DNA from: a virus
Taxonomy: Duplodnaviria > Caudoviricetes
IMG/VR virus record: IMGVR_UViG_2974622612_000001
Location: 6,031-70,030 of that record
Length of the DNA: 64,000 bases
Strand: one strand, 5' to 3'
This document shows positions 1 through 8,654 of the stretch, one piece after another. The first letter of the stretch is position 1; each line of letters begins with the position of its first letter. Under the pieces are notes generated by a model. The model was not told the DNA's origin. It worked only from the letters and a program-made list of their open reading frames with translations, and did not search any database. The position numbers and the translations under genes were made by a program.

Positions 1-1
1 C

Positions 2-154
2 CGTGCTCGTCCCCGCAAGCTCAAGGCCAGCCTGCGGATGGTCGGCGGCAAGACGCTGCTCGTCACACCCGGTCTCAAGAGGATTCGACCCAAGCGTTCT
101 CGGGCATCCTTGAAGAAAGCGCGTCAGATCGTGGACAAGATGGTGGACGAATGA
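2..154 (+). CDS. 3' end of a basic protein, truncated by the window edge
   Basis: Manual translation RARPRKLKASLRMVGGKTLLVTPGLKRIRPKRSRASLKKARQIVDKMVDE, stop TGA 152-154. Confidence 0.6.
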   Translation, partial: RARPRKLKASLRMVGGKTLLVTPGLKRIRPKRSRASLKKARQIVDKMVDE

Positions 155-173
155 TCGGCACAGGTGGTGACGT

Positions 174-380
174 ATGGCAAAAAAGAAAGGGCGGCGCAAA
201 GGTCCGTCGCGGTTCCACTCGAAAAAGCAGTGGAAGTGGTGCTTCGCGAATGGTAAAGAGTGGTGCCGCCGTCACGCGCACCGTACGCCGGGTGGGAAAA
301 AGGTAAGGTACCAGAAGCTCCCGAATTCAAAGCGTTCGGGACTGAAAAAGGTTTCAGGACGCAGGACTAGGAGTAAATGA
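174..380 (+). CDS. Small basic protein, 68 aa
   Basis: AGGTGG RBS; K/R-rich with an FHSKKQWKWCFA segment. Confidence 0.75.
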   Translation: MAKKKGRRKGPSRFHSKKQWKWCFANGKEWCRRHAHRTPGGKKVRYQKLPNSKRSGLKKVSGRRTRSK

Positions 381-523
381 TGATTCTGCTCGGTGTAGTG
401 CTTCTCATTCTCGGCCTGGTTTTCGGAATCACTGCGCTGTGGGTCGTAGGACTTGTCTTGCTGGTGCTCGGCGCGATTCTGGCGACCACGCATTCGGGTC
501 CCTTCAACGGTAGGTGGTACTAG
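377..523 (+). CDS. Small membrane protein, 48 aa (DUF6131-like); below the ORF-track cutoff
   Basis: AGGAG RBS; MMILLGVVLLILGLVFGITALWVVGLVLLVLGAILATTHSGPFNGRWY; ATGA overlap with the previous stop. Confidence 0.7.
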   Translation: MMILLGVVLLILGLVFGITALWVVGLVLLVLGAILATTHSGPFNGRWY

Positions 524-873
524 TGGCTCACCACGAAGCGCCTGATCCTGAACAGATTCCATTCTTAGAGTTCGGTCTGGAATTCGAATTCGCTGTCTCC
601 ACAGATGAAAACGGCGCCCCGTTGCCGGATACAGAGTGGTCAACGCAGCGCATTTCTGCCGGAGTCGGTCAGGCCGCTTTCGATTTGGCCGTGCTCAATC
701 TCTACGCCAATCGTCGCGCGATGGTGTGGCAGCCTCACGTTCGCAGTTGCAATCTGATCTGGTCTGAGCCGGTGCATTGGGCAACATGGCCCAACGATTC
801 ACTGCCGCCCGACCCCAACGCTGCAAACTACGACGAGAACGGTCAACCGATCACCGGAGACACCAATGCCTGA
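523..873 (+). CDS. Hypothetical protein
   Basis: GTG overlapping the upstream TAG; fills the operon gap. Confidence 0.65.
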   Translation: MAHHEAPDPEQIPFLEFGLEFEFAVSTDENGAPLPDTEWSTQRISAGVGQAAFDLAVLNLYANRRAMVWQPHVRSCNLIWSEPVHWATWPNDSLPPDPNAANYDENGQPITGDTNA

Positions 874-1180
874 CTACACGCTCAAAGACGCCAAGGGAAC
901 GGTCAAGATTCTCACTCCGCTTAACCTCAATTCCAAGCCGACCCCTGTCGAATCGCATTGGCGTCGATGGGGTTTCGTATGGCTTCTGCTGTTCGCTTTC
1001 CTTGTTTCATGGTCACTCCAACTCGTCGCGATGCTACCGGAGGTATCGGAAAAGGGTTGGCACGAATTTTGGGCAGCCACGTTTGAAAACTGGCAGTCCG
1101 AATTCCTGCAATTGGTAGTGCAGGCCGTGCTGATTCAAAGCTGGCTCTTTCGGTACGGTTTCAAGGCAAAGGATGAGTGA
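866..1180 (+). CDS. Membrane protein (DUF6766-like)
   Basis: Hydrophobic segments and a TFENWQSEFLQL motif. Confidence 0.6.
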   Translation: MPDYTLKDAKGTVKILTPLNLNSKPTPVESHWRRWGFVWLLLFAFLVSWSLQLVAMLPEVSEKGWHEFWAATFENWQSEFLQLVVQAVLIQSWLFRYGFKAKDE

Positions 1181-1551
1181 TGGCCCGCTACAAGATGACA
1201 GCGAAGCGCCGTGCGGCTCTGCGTAAAGCACAGCTAGCATCGGCGCGAAAGCGGCGTAAGGGTGGCGTGAAGCGTCGTGCAAAGCGCCTCGGTCGCAACG
1301 TAAACCGCGAGTACGCGCGTAAAACGGCTTACGCGAAGAAGCACTACAGCGGTCGGGGCGGTATGCACCGCAAGCACAAGGACATGGCCCGCAGTCGTGG
1401 TGCATACAAGAACAACTGGCGCGGAAAGCGTTACGGTCGCACCGCTCGCGTCGTCAACCGTGGTGCCGGAGCGTTTCTCATGGCGAATCCCGGCTACGCT
1501 GCGCCGATTCTGGCGTCGAAGTACCGTGGTCGCAAGCGTAAGAAGCGTTGA
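1180..1551 (+). CDS. Basic K/R-rich protein, motif copy 1
   Basis: TGATG coupling; MARYKMTAKRRAALRKAQLASARKRR. Confidence 0.8.
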   Translation: MARYKMTAKRRAALRKAQLASARKRRKGGVKRRAKRLGRNVNREYARKTAYAKKHYSGRGGMHRKHKDMARSRGAYKNNWRGKRYGRTARVVNRGAGAFLMANPGYAAPILASKYRGRKRKKR

Positions 1552-1553
1552 TC

Positions 1554-1853
1554 ATGGCAAAGCGTCGGATGACAGCACGCCAAAAGGCCGCACTTCGCAA
1601 GGCCCAGTTGGCTTCTGCGCGTAAACGCCGTCGCGGCTCGCGTACGAAAAAGCGCATCAGCCGCGTGAATCGACGCGCTGACAAGCGGATCGCCAAGCAA
1701 GGCCGCAAGGTTCAGGGCGGTTTGTATACGCATTCCACCAAGGGTGGCGTCTACATGACCGGTCGCGCCGTCAAGGCGTACAACAAGGGCGTGAAAATCC
1801 ACAACAAGCGCGTCCGAAAAGTGAACAAGCTCAAGAAGAAACGGCGTCGGTGA
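1554..1853 (+). CDS. Basic K/R-rich protein, motif copy 2
   Basis: MAKRRMTARQKAALRKAQLASARKRR. Confidence 0.8.
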   Translation: MAKRRMTARQKAALRKAQLASARKRRRGSRTKKRISRVNRRADKRIAKQGRKVQGGLYTHSTKGGVYMTGRAVKAYNKGVKIHNKRVRKVNKLKKKRRR

Positions 1854-2251
1854 TGGCTCGCAGCGCGAAACAGAAAGCGGCACTACGCAAAGCACAGCTT
1901 GCCAGTGCGCGTGCTCGTCGTGGGCGTAAGCGTTCGCGCTCGTCGGGACATCACTACGGCACCGGCAAACAGGGAAGGCGCGCAACGAGGCGTGCAACCT
2001 ACGGCAAGAAAAAGCACGGCCTTTCCATAGCGCAGCAGCAGCGTCGTCGGCAGCGTGCGAACAAATGGAAGCGTCGTGGCCGTAGCGCAATGGCGGCAGC
2101 CGGTGTGGCCGCAACGATCTACGCGAAATCGACTCCGCAGCAACGCAGTGCGGCCAAGGGCGCTGCAAAGGTCTACGGAAACCGGGTGAAAACCAAGTAC
2201 AAGTACCACCGTTCAGGGATGGCTCGACAGGTCAAGCGAGGGATGCGCTGA
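1853..2251 (+). CDS. Basic K/R-rich protein, motif copy 3
   Basis: TGATG coupling; MARSAKQKAALRKAQLASARARR. Confidence 0.8.
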   Translation: MARSAKQKAALRKAQLASARARRGRKRSRSSGHHYGTGKQGRRATRRATYGKKKHGLSIAQQQRRRQRANKWKRRGRSAMAAAGVAATIYAKSTPQQRSAAKGAAKVYGNRVKTKYKYHRSGMARQVKRGMR

Positions 2252-2721
2252 TGGCTCGCTCACACAAGATGACTCCAGCCCGAAAGGCTGCGCTTCGCAA
2301 GGCGCAGCTTGTTTCGGCGCGCAAACGTCGCCGTCGTGGGGTCAAAAACGAACTGAAACGTGCTGGAAGGCAGTCGCTTTCAGCGGCACGCGCTGGCGGG
2401 TCTGTCGCCGCACGCAAGGCCGTGAAGAAATTCAACTCGCCTGCCAACAGGGCGCGACGTAGGAAGGCGGTCAAGGTGGCCGCTGTTGGCGCTGGTGTGG
2501 GGACGGCTGCGGTGCTGGGAGCCAAGACTGCGCCGATGGCGAAGCAACTGTACGCCAGCCGCAACGTCAGCCGACCTGGCCGGTCCTACGTGCGCTCCGA
2601 ACGCGGTGTGGCTCCGCGCGCAGTCACCGGTACGCGCACACGTGCGCTTACAATGGGTCCGAAGGGCAAGGCTGCGATGCGGTCTCGCCGGTACCGGGCT
2701 AGAAAGAAAGCGTCTCGATAA
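2251..2721 (+). CDS. Basic K/R-rich protein, motif copy 4
   Basis: TGATG coupling; MARSHKMTPARKAALRKAQLVSARKRR. Confidence 0.8.
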   Translation: MARSHKMTPARKAALRKAQLVSARKRRRRGVKNELKRAGRQSLSAARAGGSVAARKAVKKFNSPANRARRRKAVKVAAVGAGVGTAAVLGAKTAPMAKQLYASRNVSRPGRSYVRSERGVAPRAVTGTRTRALTMGPKGKAAMRSRRYRARKKASR

Positions 2722-3359
2722 TGGCGTACAACCCACTGCAAGCGCGCGACAGAAAAGGACGCTGGGTTGCCAAAGCTGGCAACGCTGCGTTCCGTGGTGG
2801 TGCAAAAGCGTTGGTGGGCAGCGGAACCAAGGCACGACCTAGCTCGTCGTCGCGTTCTGTGAAGGGACGTGGTAAAGGTGTCAAGGGATTCAAGGCCAAT
2901 TTCGTTCCTTATGGCCGCGTCAACAAGCGTTCTCAGACAGTCGGTTTCAACGCTGGCACGGTCGTCACGAAACGTAAGCGCGTGGTCGTCGGTGCGTATG
3001 CACGCATTGAAAGTACAACCAAGCACACAACGGCTGACAAGATCGCTGGTAAAGCTGCAAGTAAGGTGCTACCGACCACTACTCGACGCGGACGGGCTGC
3101 GAGAGCTTTCAAGCGCAACTTCTCCGTTAATAATCCCGCACTACGAGCAACTATCGGTGGGAGTCAGGCTCGCCTTAGCACCTCTCGCGGTGCTGGACCC
3201 ACGATTGTGGTACGTCGAGGTAAGCACAAGACTCCACAGGCGAAAAGTGCTGCGGGCGTTCAGCAATACGACAACAGAATGAGAGCGATCGCAGGCAAGA
3301 AAGCTGCAAAGGTCAAGAAGCGGCCACAGCGGCGAAAGGCAGCACGAAAGAAGCGGTGA
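2721..3359 (+). CDS. Basic protein, 212 aa, with N-terminal NPLQARDRKGRW motif
   Basis: TAATG coupling; K/R-rich throughout. Confidence 0.8.
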   Translation: MAYNPLQARDRKGRWVAKAGNAAFRGGAKALVGSGTKARPSSSSRSVKGRGKGVKGFKANFVPYGRVNKRSQTVGFNAGTVVTKRKRVVVGAYARIESTTKHTTADKIAGKAASKVLPTTTRRGRAARAFKRNFSVNNPALRATIGGSQARLSTSRGAGPTIVVRRGKHKTPQAKSAAGVQQYDNRMRAIAGKKAAKVKKRPQRRKAARKKR

Positions 3360-3802
3360 CGATGACAACCGGACGCATCGATTCGCCTTCACACGGTAAC
3401 CACTTGATTCCAGTGGGGGACCGTAAGGTTGAACAGGTCTTCTACCCTGACACACCGTTGTCGGATGCTACGAAAAAGCGATTGATTCTGGACTGTCACA
3501 GTTCAAAGCACGAACTGTGTGGGTTGCTCGACATTCAAGAGAGCATCTACTACATCGAAAACGTCCATGAGATAAGCGAATCCAACTTTTTCTTCGACAA
3601 GGCCGAGTACGAAATCGCGATCAATGAGATTTTCGAGAACAACCCCGGCCATCAAAACCCGATTTTGGGCATTTGGCACACGCATCCTACTAACATTCCA
3701 TGGCCTTCCCCCAGAGATATACGCGGGTGGCCTGAGCCTCGTTTGCAGTGGCGCTACTTCATCGTGACAAACGAAGCCGTCCATGAGTGGCGACTTGTGT
3801 AA
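3356..3802 (+). CDS. JAB/MPN (JAMM) metalloprotease
   Basis: N-terminal E (HELCGL) and HTHPTNIPWPSPRD, matching HxH-x7-S-x2-D. Confidence 0.85.
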   Translation: MTMTTGRIDSPSHGNHLIPVGDRKVEQVFYPDTPLSDATKKRLILDCHSSKHELCGLLDIQESIYYIENVHEISESNFFFDKAEYEIAINEIFENNPGHQNPILGIWHTHPTNIPWPSPRDIRGWPEPRLQWRYFIVTNEAVHEWRLV

Positions 3803-3814
3803 GCTGGACTGACG

Positions 3815-4723
3815 ATGACCCGGCCATTGCCCTCCGATGACCAAACGTCTTGGGACACCCTACGGCGACGTTGGTTGACGAGATACGCACGGATTCAAGC
3901 GAAAACGGATACGAAAATCCGAACCGCTCTGACTGACGCTGCCGAAGATGCATCGAAACGACTCATTCTCGTAGGCCAAAGCTCCACGTTTTCAGCCGGA
4001 GTGCGTCAGGCACAGATTCGGCTTGCGATGAAAGAACTCAAGGAAGTTCACCGTGAACTCTTTGACGAACTTCTGCCGATAATCAGGGACGGTCAGGCCG
4101 ATGAAGCAGGCGCAGCAGTCGATGGACTCACTGAGACAGACCGACGCTACTTGCTTGCCGCCCTTCGTGACTCATCTTCTACGAAATACTTCGTTGAATC
4201 TCAACGACAGGCTGCCCGCAATGGCGTCGCTCACGCAATTTCGTCACTCACAAAAAGTCGCGAGCCTCTTTCAGCTAGAGTTTATCGAACCAGGAGTTTG
4301 GCGAATAACTGGGTACAGCGGCTAGTCACTTCATCCATCGTTAGGGGCGACAGTGCGCAAGACATCGCGAAGGCTGTCAGAGCACATATACGACCCGGCA
4401 CGCCCGGTGGGACGGCCTATGCGGCGATGCGTTTGGGAAGGACAGAGCTTAACAACGCTTTCCACGCCACTTCCGTCGAGATTTCAAAGGATCGTCCATG
4501 GATTGAAGGCATGCGCTGGAATCTCTCGAAAGTTCATGAGCCGCAGGGCGGTACAGAAGCTTGCGAGAGGCTAGCAGGTCAGATTTTCGCGGTTGAAAAC
4601 GTCCCGAAAAAGCCGCACCCACAATGCAGATGCTTTGTGACACCGAATCTAATTCCATTTGAGTTGTTTTTGACTCAACTTGCGTCGGGACAATACAGAG
4701 AGTGGACAGAAAATGCAGCATAA
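3815..4723 (+). CDS. MuF-like minor head protein
   Basis: RLGRTE...W...CERL...HPQCRC motif series; upstream of the scaffold. Confidence 0.8.
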   Translation: MTRPLPSDDQTSWDTLRRRWLTRYARIQAKTDTKIRTALTDAAEDASKRLILVGQSSTFSAGVRQAQIRLAMKELKEVHRELFDELLPIIRDGQADEAGAAVDGLTETDRRYLLAALRDSSSTKYFVESQRQAARNGVAHAISSLTKSREPLSARVYRTRSLANNWVQRLVTSSIVRGDSAQDIAKAVRAHIRPGTPGGTAYAAMRLGRTELNNAFHATSVEISKDRPWIEGMRWNLSKVHEPQGGTEACERLAGQIFAVENVPKKPHPQCRCFVTPNLIPFELFLTQLASGQYREWTENAA

Positions 4724-4766
4724 GGGTAACGTCAACAACAACCGGACAACGCGGAAGGAAAATCCC

Positions 4767-5549
4767 ATGAACGCAATGCCCCCCAAGCTTCTCGCTGCCA
4801 TCGATCCCAAGCGTGCCGCGTTGAATGCGTGGCCGATCTTCGGTGGTTCATCGCCAACGCCTCCGGCTCAGCCCGATCCGGCGCAGCAGGGCCAACAGCC
4901 TCCCGTTGGTCAGCCTCCGGCTGCAACGCCTCCCGCGCAGCCTCAGCAGCAGGCCGCTCCCGCCTCTGGCGGGGCTGCCAACATCGACGTGAATCAGCTT
5001 CTCGCACAGGTGCAGACGCTCTCGCAGCAGGTGCAGACGCTCACCGACGAGAACAACGGCTACAAGCAGAAGGAAACCGACGCTGAAAACGCGAAGAAAA
5101 CGCGTGAACAGCAGTTGGAGCAAACCATTCAGCAGAAGGACGCGCAAATTGCCGCTGCGCAGAACTTGATTGCGCAGAAGTCGTTGGAGAACGCACTTCT
5201 CACGCACAAGGATTACCAGTGGCACGACGCGACCGACGCGTTGCTTTCACTCAAGGACGCCGAAGGCGTGAAAGTCACGGTGGACATCGACAAGCAAATC
5301 GCCACCGTCGAAGGTCTCGACAACGCGATCAAGGACTTGGCGACACGCAAGCCGTGGATGTTGGCGAAAGGTCCCGAGCAGCAACAGCAGCAGGACCCGA
5401 ATCAGCAGCAGCAGCCGCCCGCACCGGGGCGTCCATCGGGCCGTCCCCCGGCTTCGAACAACGGTGACGCGACCAAGGTTCAGCAGCGAGCCGCACTCGG
5501 CAACAAATACTCAGCAATTCGACGCGCCCCGGTAATTGCCGGGGGCTAG
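4767..5549 (+). CDS. Capsid scaffolding protein
   Basis: P/Q-rich low-complexity ends, coiled-coil centre, position before capsid; GGAAGGA RBS favours ATG 4767. Confidence 0.75.
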   Translation: MNAMPPKLLAAIDPKRAALNAWPIFGGSSPTPPAQPDPAQQGQQPPVGQPPAATPPAQPQQQAAPASGGAANIDVNQLLAQVQTLSQQVQTLTDENNGYKQKETDAENAKKTREQQLEQTIQQKDAQIAAAQNLIAQKSLENALLTHKDYQWHDATDALLSLKDAEGVKVTVDIDKQIATVEGLDNAIKDLATRKPWMLAKGPEQQQQQDPNQQQQPPAPGRPSGRPPASNNGDATKVQQRAALGNKYSAIRRAPVIAGG

Positions 5550-5561
5550 ATTCGGGCGTGT

Positions 5562-5606
5562 TTCGCGACTGATCCTGTAGCCTTCGGTGTTAGGATCAGT
5601 CGCGAA
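5562..5606 (+). promoter_or_regulatory. 15-bp perfect inverted repeat containing an extended -10 (TGT-TAGGAT)
   Basis: TTCGCGACTGATCCT 5562-5576 / AGGATCAGTCGCGAA 5592-5606. Confidence 0.55.
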
Positions 5607-5627
5607 CTGCCAGACGTGGAGGAAGAA

Positions 5628-6101
5628 ATGACGTTCCCGAACCTGACGACCAAGCCTCGGTGGGACAAGTACGACGGATATGTCGGCAACTTCCGCGCGC
5701 CGCTGGCAGCCGCCGTCAATCTCGCCACTCAAGCCAACCGCGTTCTGCCGGTGGGCATCAACGCGCAGGGCGCAGCCGTCCTCGGTGGGGCAGGCCAGAC
5801 CGGCATCGTCGGTGTGGTCATCATCCCCGTAGGTACCGACATGAACGGCAACCTGCTCGACGGTGGAATCAACACCGGAGTCGGTGACATCTGCGACGTG
5901 GGAAAGCACGGTGAAATCGTCAACTTCCGCACGACGGCGGCTGACGGAACGACCGGCGCTCCCGCAGCGGGCACCAAGTATTACGCCCACCCCAACGGCG
6001 CAATCGACGCGGCCAAGGGCGCGGACGGCGTTTACATCGGGCACACGGTCGAAGCCGACCGGCTCATCGTGAATGTCAACGAGGAAGACGCCGCAGCGTA
6101 A
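5628..6101 (+). CDS. Probable capsid decoration / minor capsid protein
   Basis: GGAGGA RBS; Gly-rich, beta-type composition; between scaffold and capsid. Confidence 0.6.
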   Translation: MTFPNLTTKPRWDKYDGYVGNFRAPLAAAVNLATQANRVLPVGINAQGAAVLGGAGQTGIVGVVIIPVGTDMNGNLLDGGINTGVGDICDVGKHGEIVNFRTTAADGTTGAPAAGTKYYAHPNGAIDAAKGADGVYIGHTVEADRLIVNVNEEDAAA

Positions 6102-6160
6102 TTGCGGTCGGAACGCAGCAGAAACAGTCTGGAATTTAGGAAAGAAACGAAGGGAACGCC

Positions 6161-7435
6161 ATGACGACGGCACTCTTGGAGCGGCCCAGCGGTTCTGCGC
6201 GGTCGGTCTCTGACCTCGAAATCGTGCCCCCGCATGATCCGCGCTTGATGGCGCTGTCGGCGTGGGATTACCTCGGTGGTGGTACCGCTCCGGTACGCCA
6301 AGAGGGGATCATGACCGGTGGCGATCTGGTCACCGCCACCGCTGACGGTACCGACCTCAACGCTCTGTGGAATGAGTTCGCGCTCACCACGGAGATTTAC
6401 AACGAGGAAATGGACCGCCTGATCGAACTTCTGACGTTCAACGTCGAAGTTCCGGTGGAACCGGTCGTGCAGATCGGTGAGGTCACGTTCGAAGAAGCAT
6501 CTGAGCTTGGCGTGCCGCGAGGCGCTGGCCTGCCCATCGATGTCTTCCAGATGGGCTACGACCTGCGTCACTACGACAAGCGCAACGCCTACACGTGGAT
6601 GTTCCTGGCCGACGCCGATGCGCGTCAGGTCGAGGCGATCCACAACGCGATTCTGTGGGCGCACAAGCGGCTCGTTTTCCGCAAGGTCATGGAGGCGATT
6701 TTCGACAATCGCGTCCGTCGCGCGAACATCCGCAACCAGGCGTACAACGTCTACCCGCTCTACAACGGCACGGACGGTGTTGCACCGCCTCCGTTCGCCA
6801 ACAACACATTCGACGCGAGCCACACGCACTACGTTCGCTCCGGCAACACCGCGCTTGATCCAGGCGACCTGGACACGCTTTACATGCTGCTGGCCGAGCA
6901 CGGTTACAGCGCGGAGGGCGGCACCGAATTCCTTCTGCTGGTCAACAAGGCCGAAGCAGATGTGATTCGCACCTTCCGTCGCGGCGTGATGACCAACGGC
7001 GTCACGGCGACCTACGACTTCATTCAGTCGCCGGGTCAGCCCGCCACAGTGCTCCCCAACGCTGAGGGTCTACTGGGCACTCAGCCGGGAGACGTGTTCC
7101 GTGGCATCCCGATCATCGGCAAGTACGGGCACCTGCACATCGCTGAGAACACCTACATCCCTGCGGGATACCTCGTTCTCATCGGTTCCGGTGGCCGGTT
7201 CGATCTGCGCAACCCGGTCGGCCTGCGTTCTCACCAGAACCCGGCCATGCAGGGGCTTCGCATCATCCCCGGCAACTACCAGCGGTACCCGCTGATCGAC
7301 GCGTTCTACGCCTGGTCGGGCGGCACCGGCATTCGTCAGCGCGGCGGTGCAGCCGTCATGCAGCTTGGCGAACTGCCGCACAGCAACTACGTCATCCCGA
7401 CGCAGTTCCGCAAGGGTGGCGGCTTCCTGGTGTAA
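6161..7435 (+). CDS. Major capsid protein
   Basis: 424 aa, strong GC3 bias, after scaffold/decoration gene, followed by a stem-loop. Confidence 0.85.
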   Translation: MTTALLERPSGSARSVSDLEIVPPHDPRLMALSAWDYLGGGTAPVRQEGIMTGGDLVTATADGTDLNALWNEFALTTEIYNEEMDRLIELLTFNVEVPVEPVVQIGEVTFEEASELGVPRGAGLPIDVFQMGYDLRHYDKRNAYTWMFLADADARQVEAIHNAILWAHKRLVFRKVMEAIFDNRVRRANIRNQAYNVYPLYNGTDGVAPPPFANNTFDASHTHYVRSGNTALDPGDLDTLYMLLAEHGYSAEGGTEFLLLVNKAEADVIRTFRRGVMTNGVTATYDFIQSPGQPATVLPNAEGLLGTQPGDVFRGIPIIGKYGHLHIAENTYIPAGYLVLIGSGGRFDLRNPVGLRSHQNPAMQGLRIIPGNYQRYPLIDAFYAWSGGTGIRQRGGAAVMQLGELPHSNYVIPTQFRKGGGFLV

Positions 7436-7443
7436 TCTGGTCA

Positions 7444-7470
7444 GGGCCGGGGCGATTGAAACCCCGGCCC
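7444..7470 (+). terminator. Stem-loop after the capsid gene
   Basis: GGGCCGGGG/CCCCGGCCC 9-bp stem, no strong U tract. Confidence 0.55.
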
Positions 7471-7508
7471 TACCGGACAAAATCGAATTGCGTTGAAAGG
7501 CAGAGGAA

Positions 7509-8312
7509 ATGAGCCTGGTTCTGGACCCGAATCGTCCGTGGACGAAGGAAGAAAAGGAATGGGCGCGTTCGTCTGGCCGTGGCTACATGGTCGAGACGAA
7601 TGAGCGTCGATTCCCCGGTGGCAAGGCGAAGAACGCCGCGCGCCACGAAAAGGCCGGAGAGCCACCGGAATCCGCGCAATTCGGCGCTCTCGGAGAGCAG
7701 GCACGACAGGCTGCCGTCTATGACGTGGGCGGTGTCGCTCTGCCGGGAACCACGCTGGACTACGACACCGGTCGGGCATTGCAGTTCGATGCCGAAGGCA
7801 ACGGAGTGGCCGTCGAGCCGAACATTCCGGTCAACTCCCCCGGCGCTTTCGCCACCGTCGCTCTGCGTCAGGAGTCGGAAGGCTTTGGGTCCTACAGCGA
7901 TTCGGGCGATGACATCGATGACGACATCGTTGACTACGTTCTCGGATTGAAGACGAAGGCCGACGTTCAGAAGGCTTTGGACGAGGCCAACGCCAACGCA
8001 CCCGAGCAGTTCCGGCAGTCCTACACCAAGAGCGAAGATCGCGATTCGCTCAACGACAAGCTCGCTCTGGTATTGCAGGACACCCGGCACCCCGAGGCAG
8101 CCGCGCAGGCACGGCAGATGGCGCAGCACACGCAGCCTCCGGCGCTTGACGCCGAGGACGAATCGATGCTGGAAAAGAACACCGGTTTCACCGACGACTT
8201 CGCTGACGACGAAGCCTCCCCGGCTTCCGGCGAGGGCGACGACGCCGAGAGCCAGCAGCAGAACGACGGGCCGGAGACCGACGCGGAGCCGAAGAAGTCC
8301 AGCAAGAAGTAG
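7509..8312 (+). CDS. Acidic hypothetical virion-associated protein
   Basis: GAGGA RBS, phage-like codon bias, after capsid. Confidence 0.65.
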   Translation: MSLVLDPNRPWTKEEKEWARSSGRGYMVETNERRFPGGKAKNAARHEKAGEPPESAQFGALGEQARQAAVYDVGGVALPGTTLDYDTGRALQFDAEGNGVAVEPNIPVNSPGAFATVALRQESEGFGSYSDSGDDIDDDIVDYVLGLKTKADVQKALDEANANAPEQFRQSYTKSEDRDSLNDKLALVLQDTRHPEAAAQARQMAQHTQPPALDAEDESMLEKNTGFTDDFADDEASPASGEGDDAESQQQNDGPETDAEPKKSSKK

Positions 8313-8321
8313 GAGCGAATC

Positions 8322-8654
8322 GTGGCAGAACAGTCTGCGATTGACGCCGTAAAGCTCCAACTTGCTGACGAAGCAAACGATCTGGGCATCACCGATGTTG
8401 TCATTGGTGGCTGGCTGGACTCCGGTCTGACTGAGACGAAGACCATCCTGGCGGGTTGGCGAGCCATTGCGGCTAAATCCGCTGCGACGGAAGACGTTTC
8501 AGAGTCGGGGTCCAGCCGTACCATTCGTTTGCACGAACGTGCCATCGAAATGATTCGCGACTGGCAGTCCCGCGCTGACGCCGAAGACAAGGCGACTATG
8601 ACCGATCCGCTGGGACGAGGCCGTTTCGCTTCGCATCGCATTACGAGGGTGTAA
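8322..8654 (+). CDS. Head-to-tail adaptor (probable)
   Basis: Size and position; DVSESGSSR segment. Confidence 0.6.
   Translation: MAEQSAIDAVKLQLADEANDLGITDVVIGGWLDSGLTETKTILAGWRAIAAKSAATEDVSESGSSRTIRLHERAIEMIRDWQSRADAEDKATMTDPLGRGRFASHRITRV

Noticed and set aside
3815-4723. MuF-fused polymorphic toxin
   Set aside because: The ORF ends about 30 aa after HPQCRC; there is no toxin extension or immunity gene.
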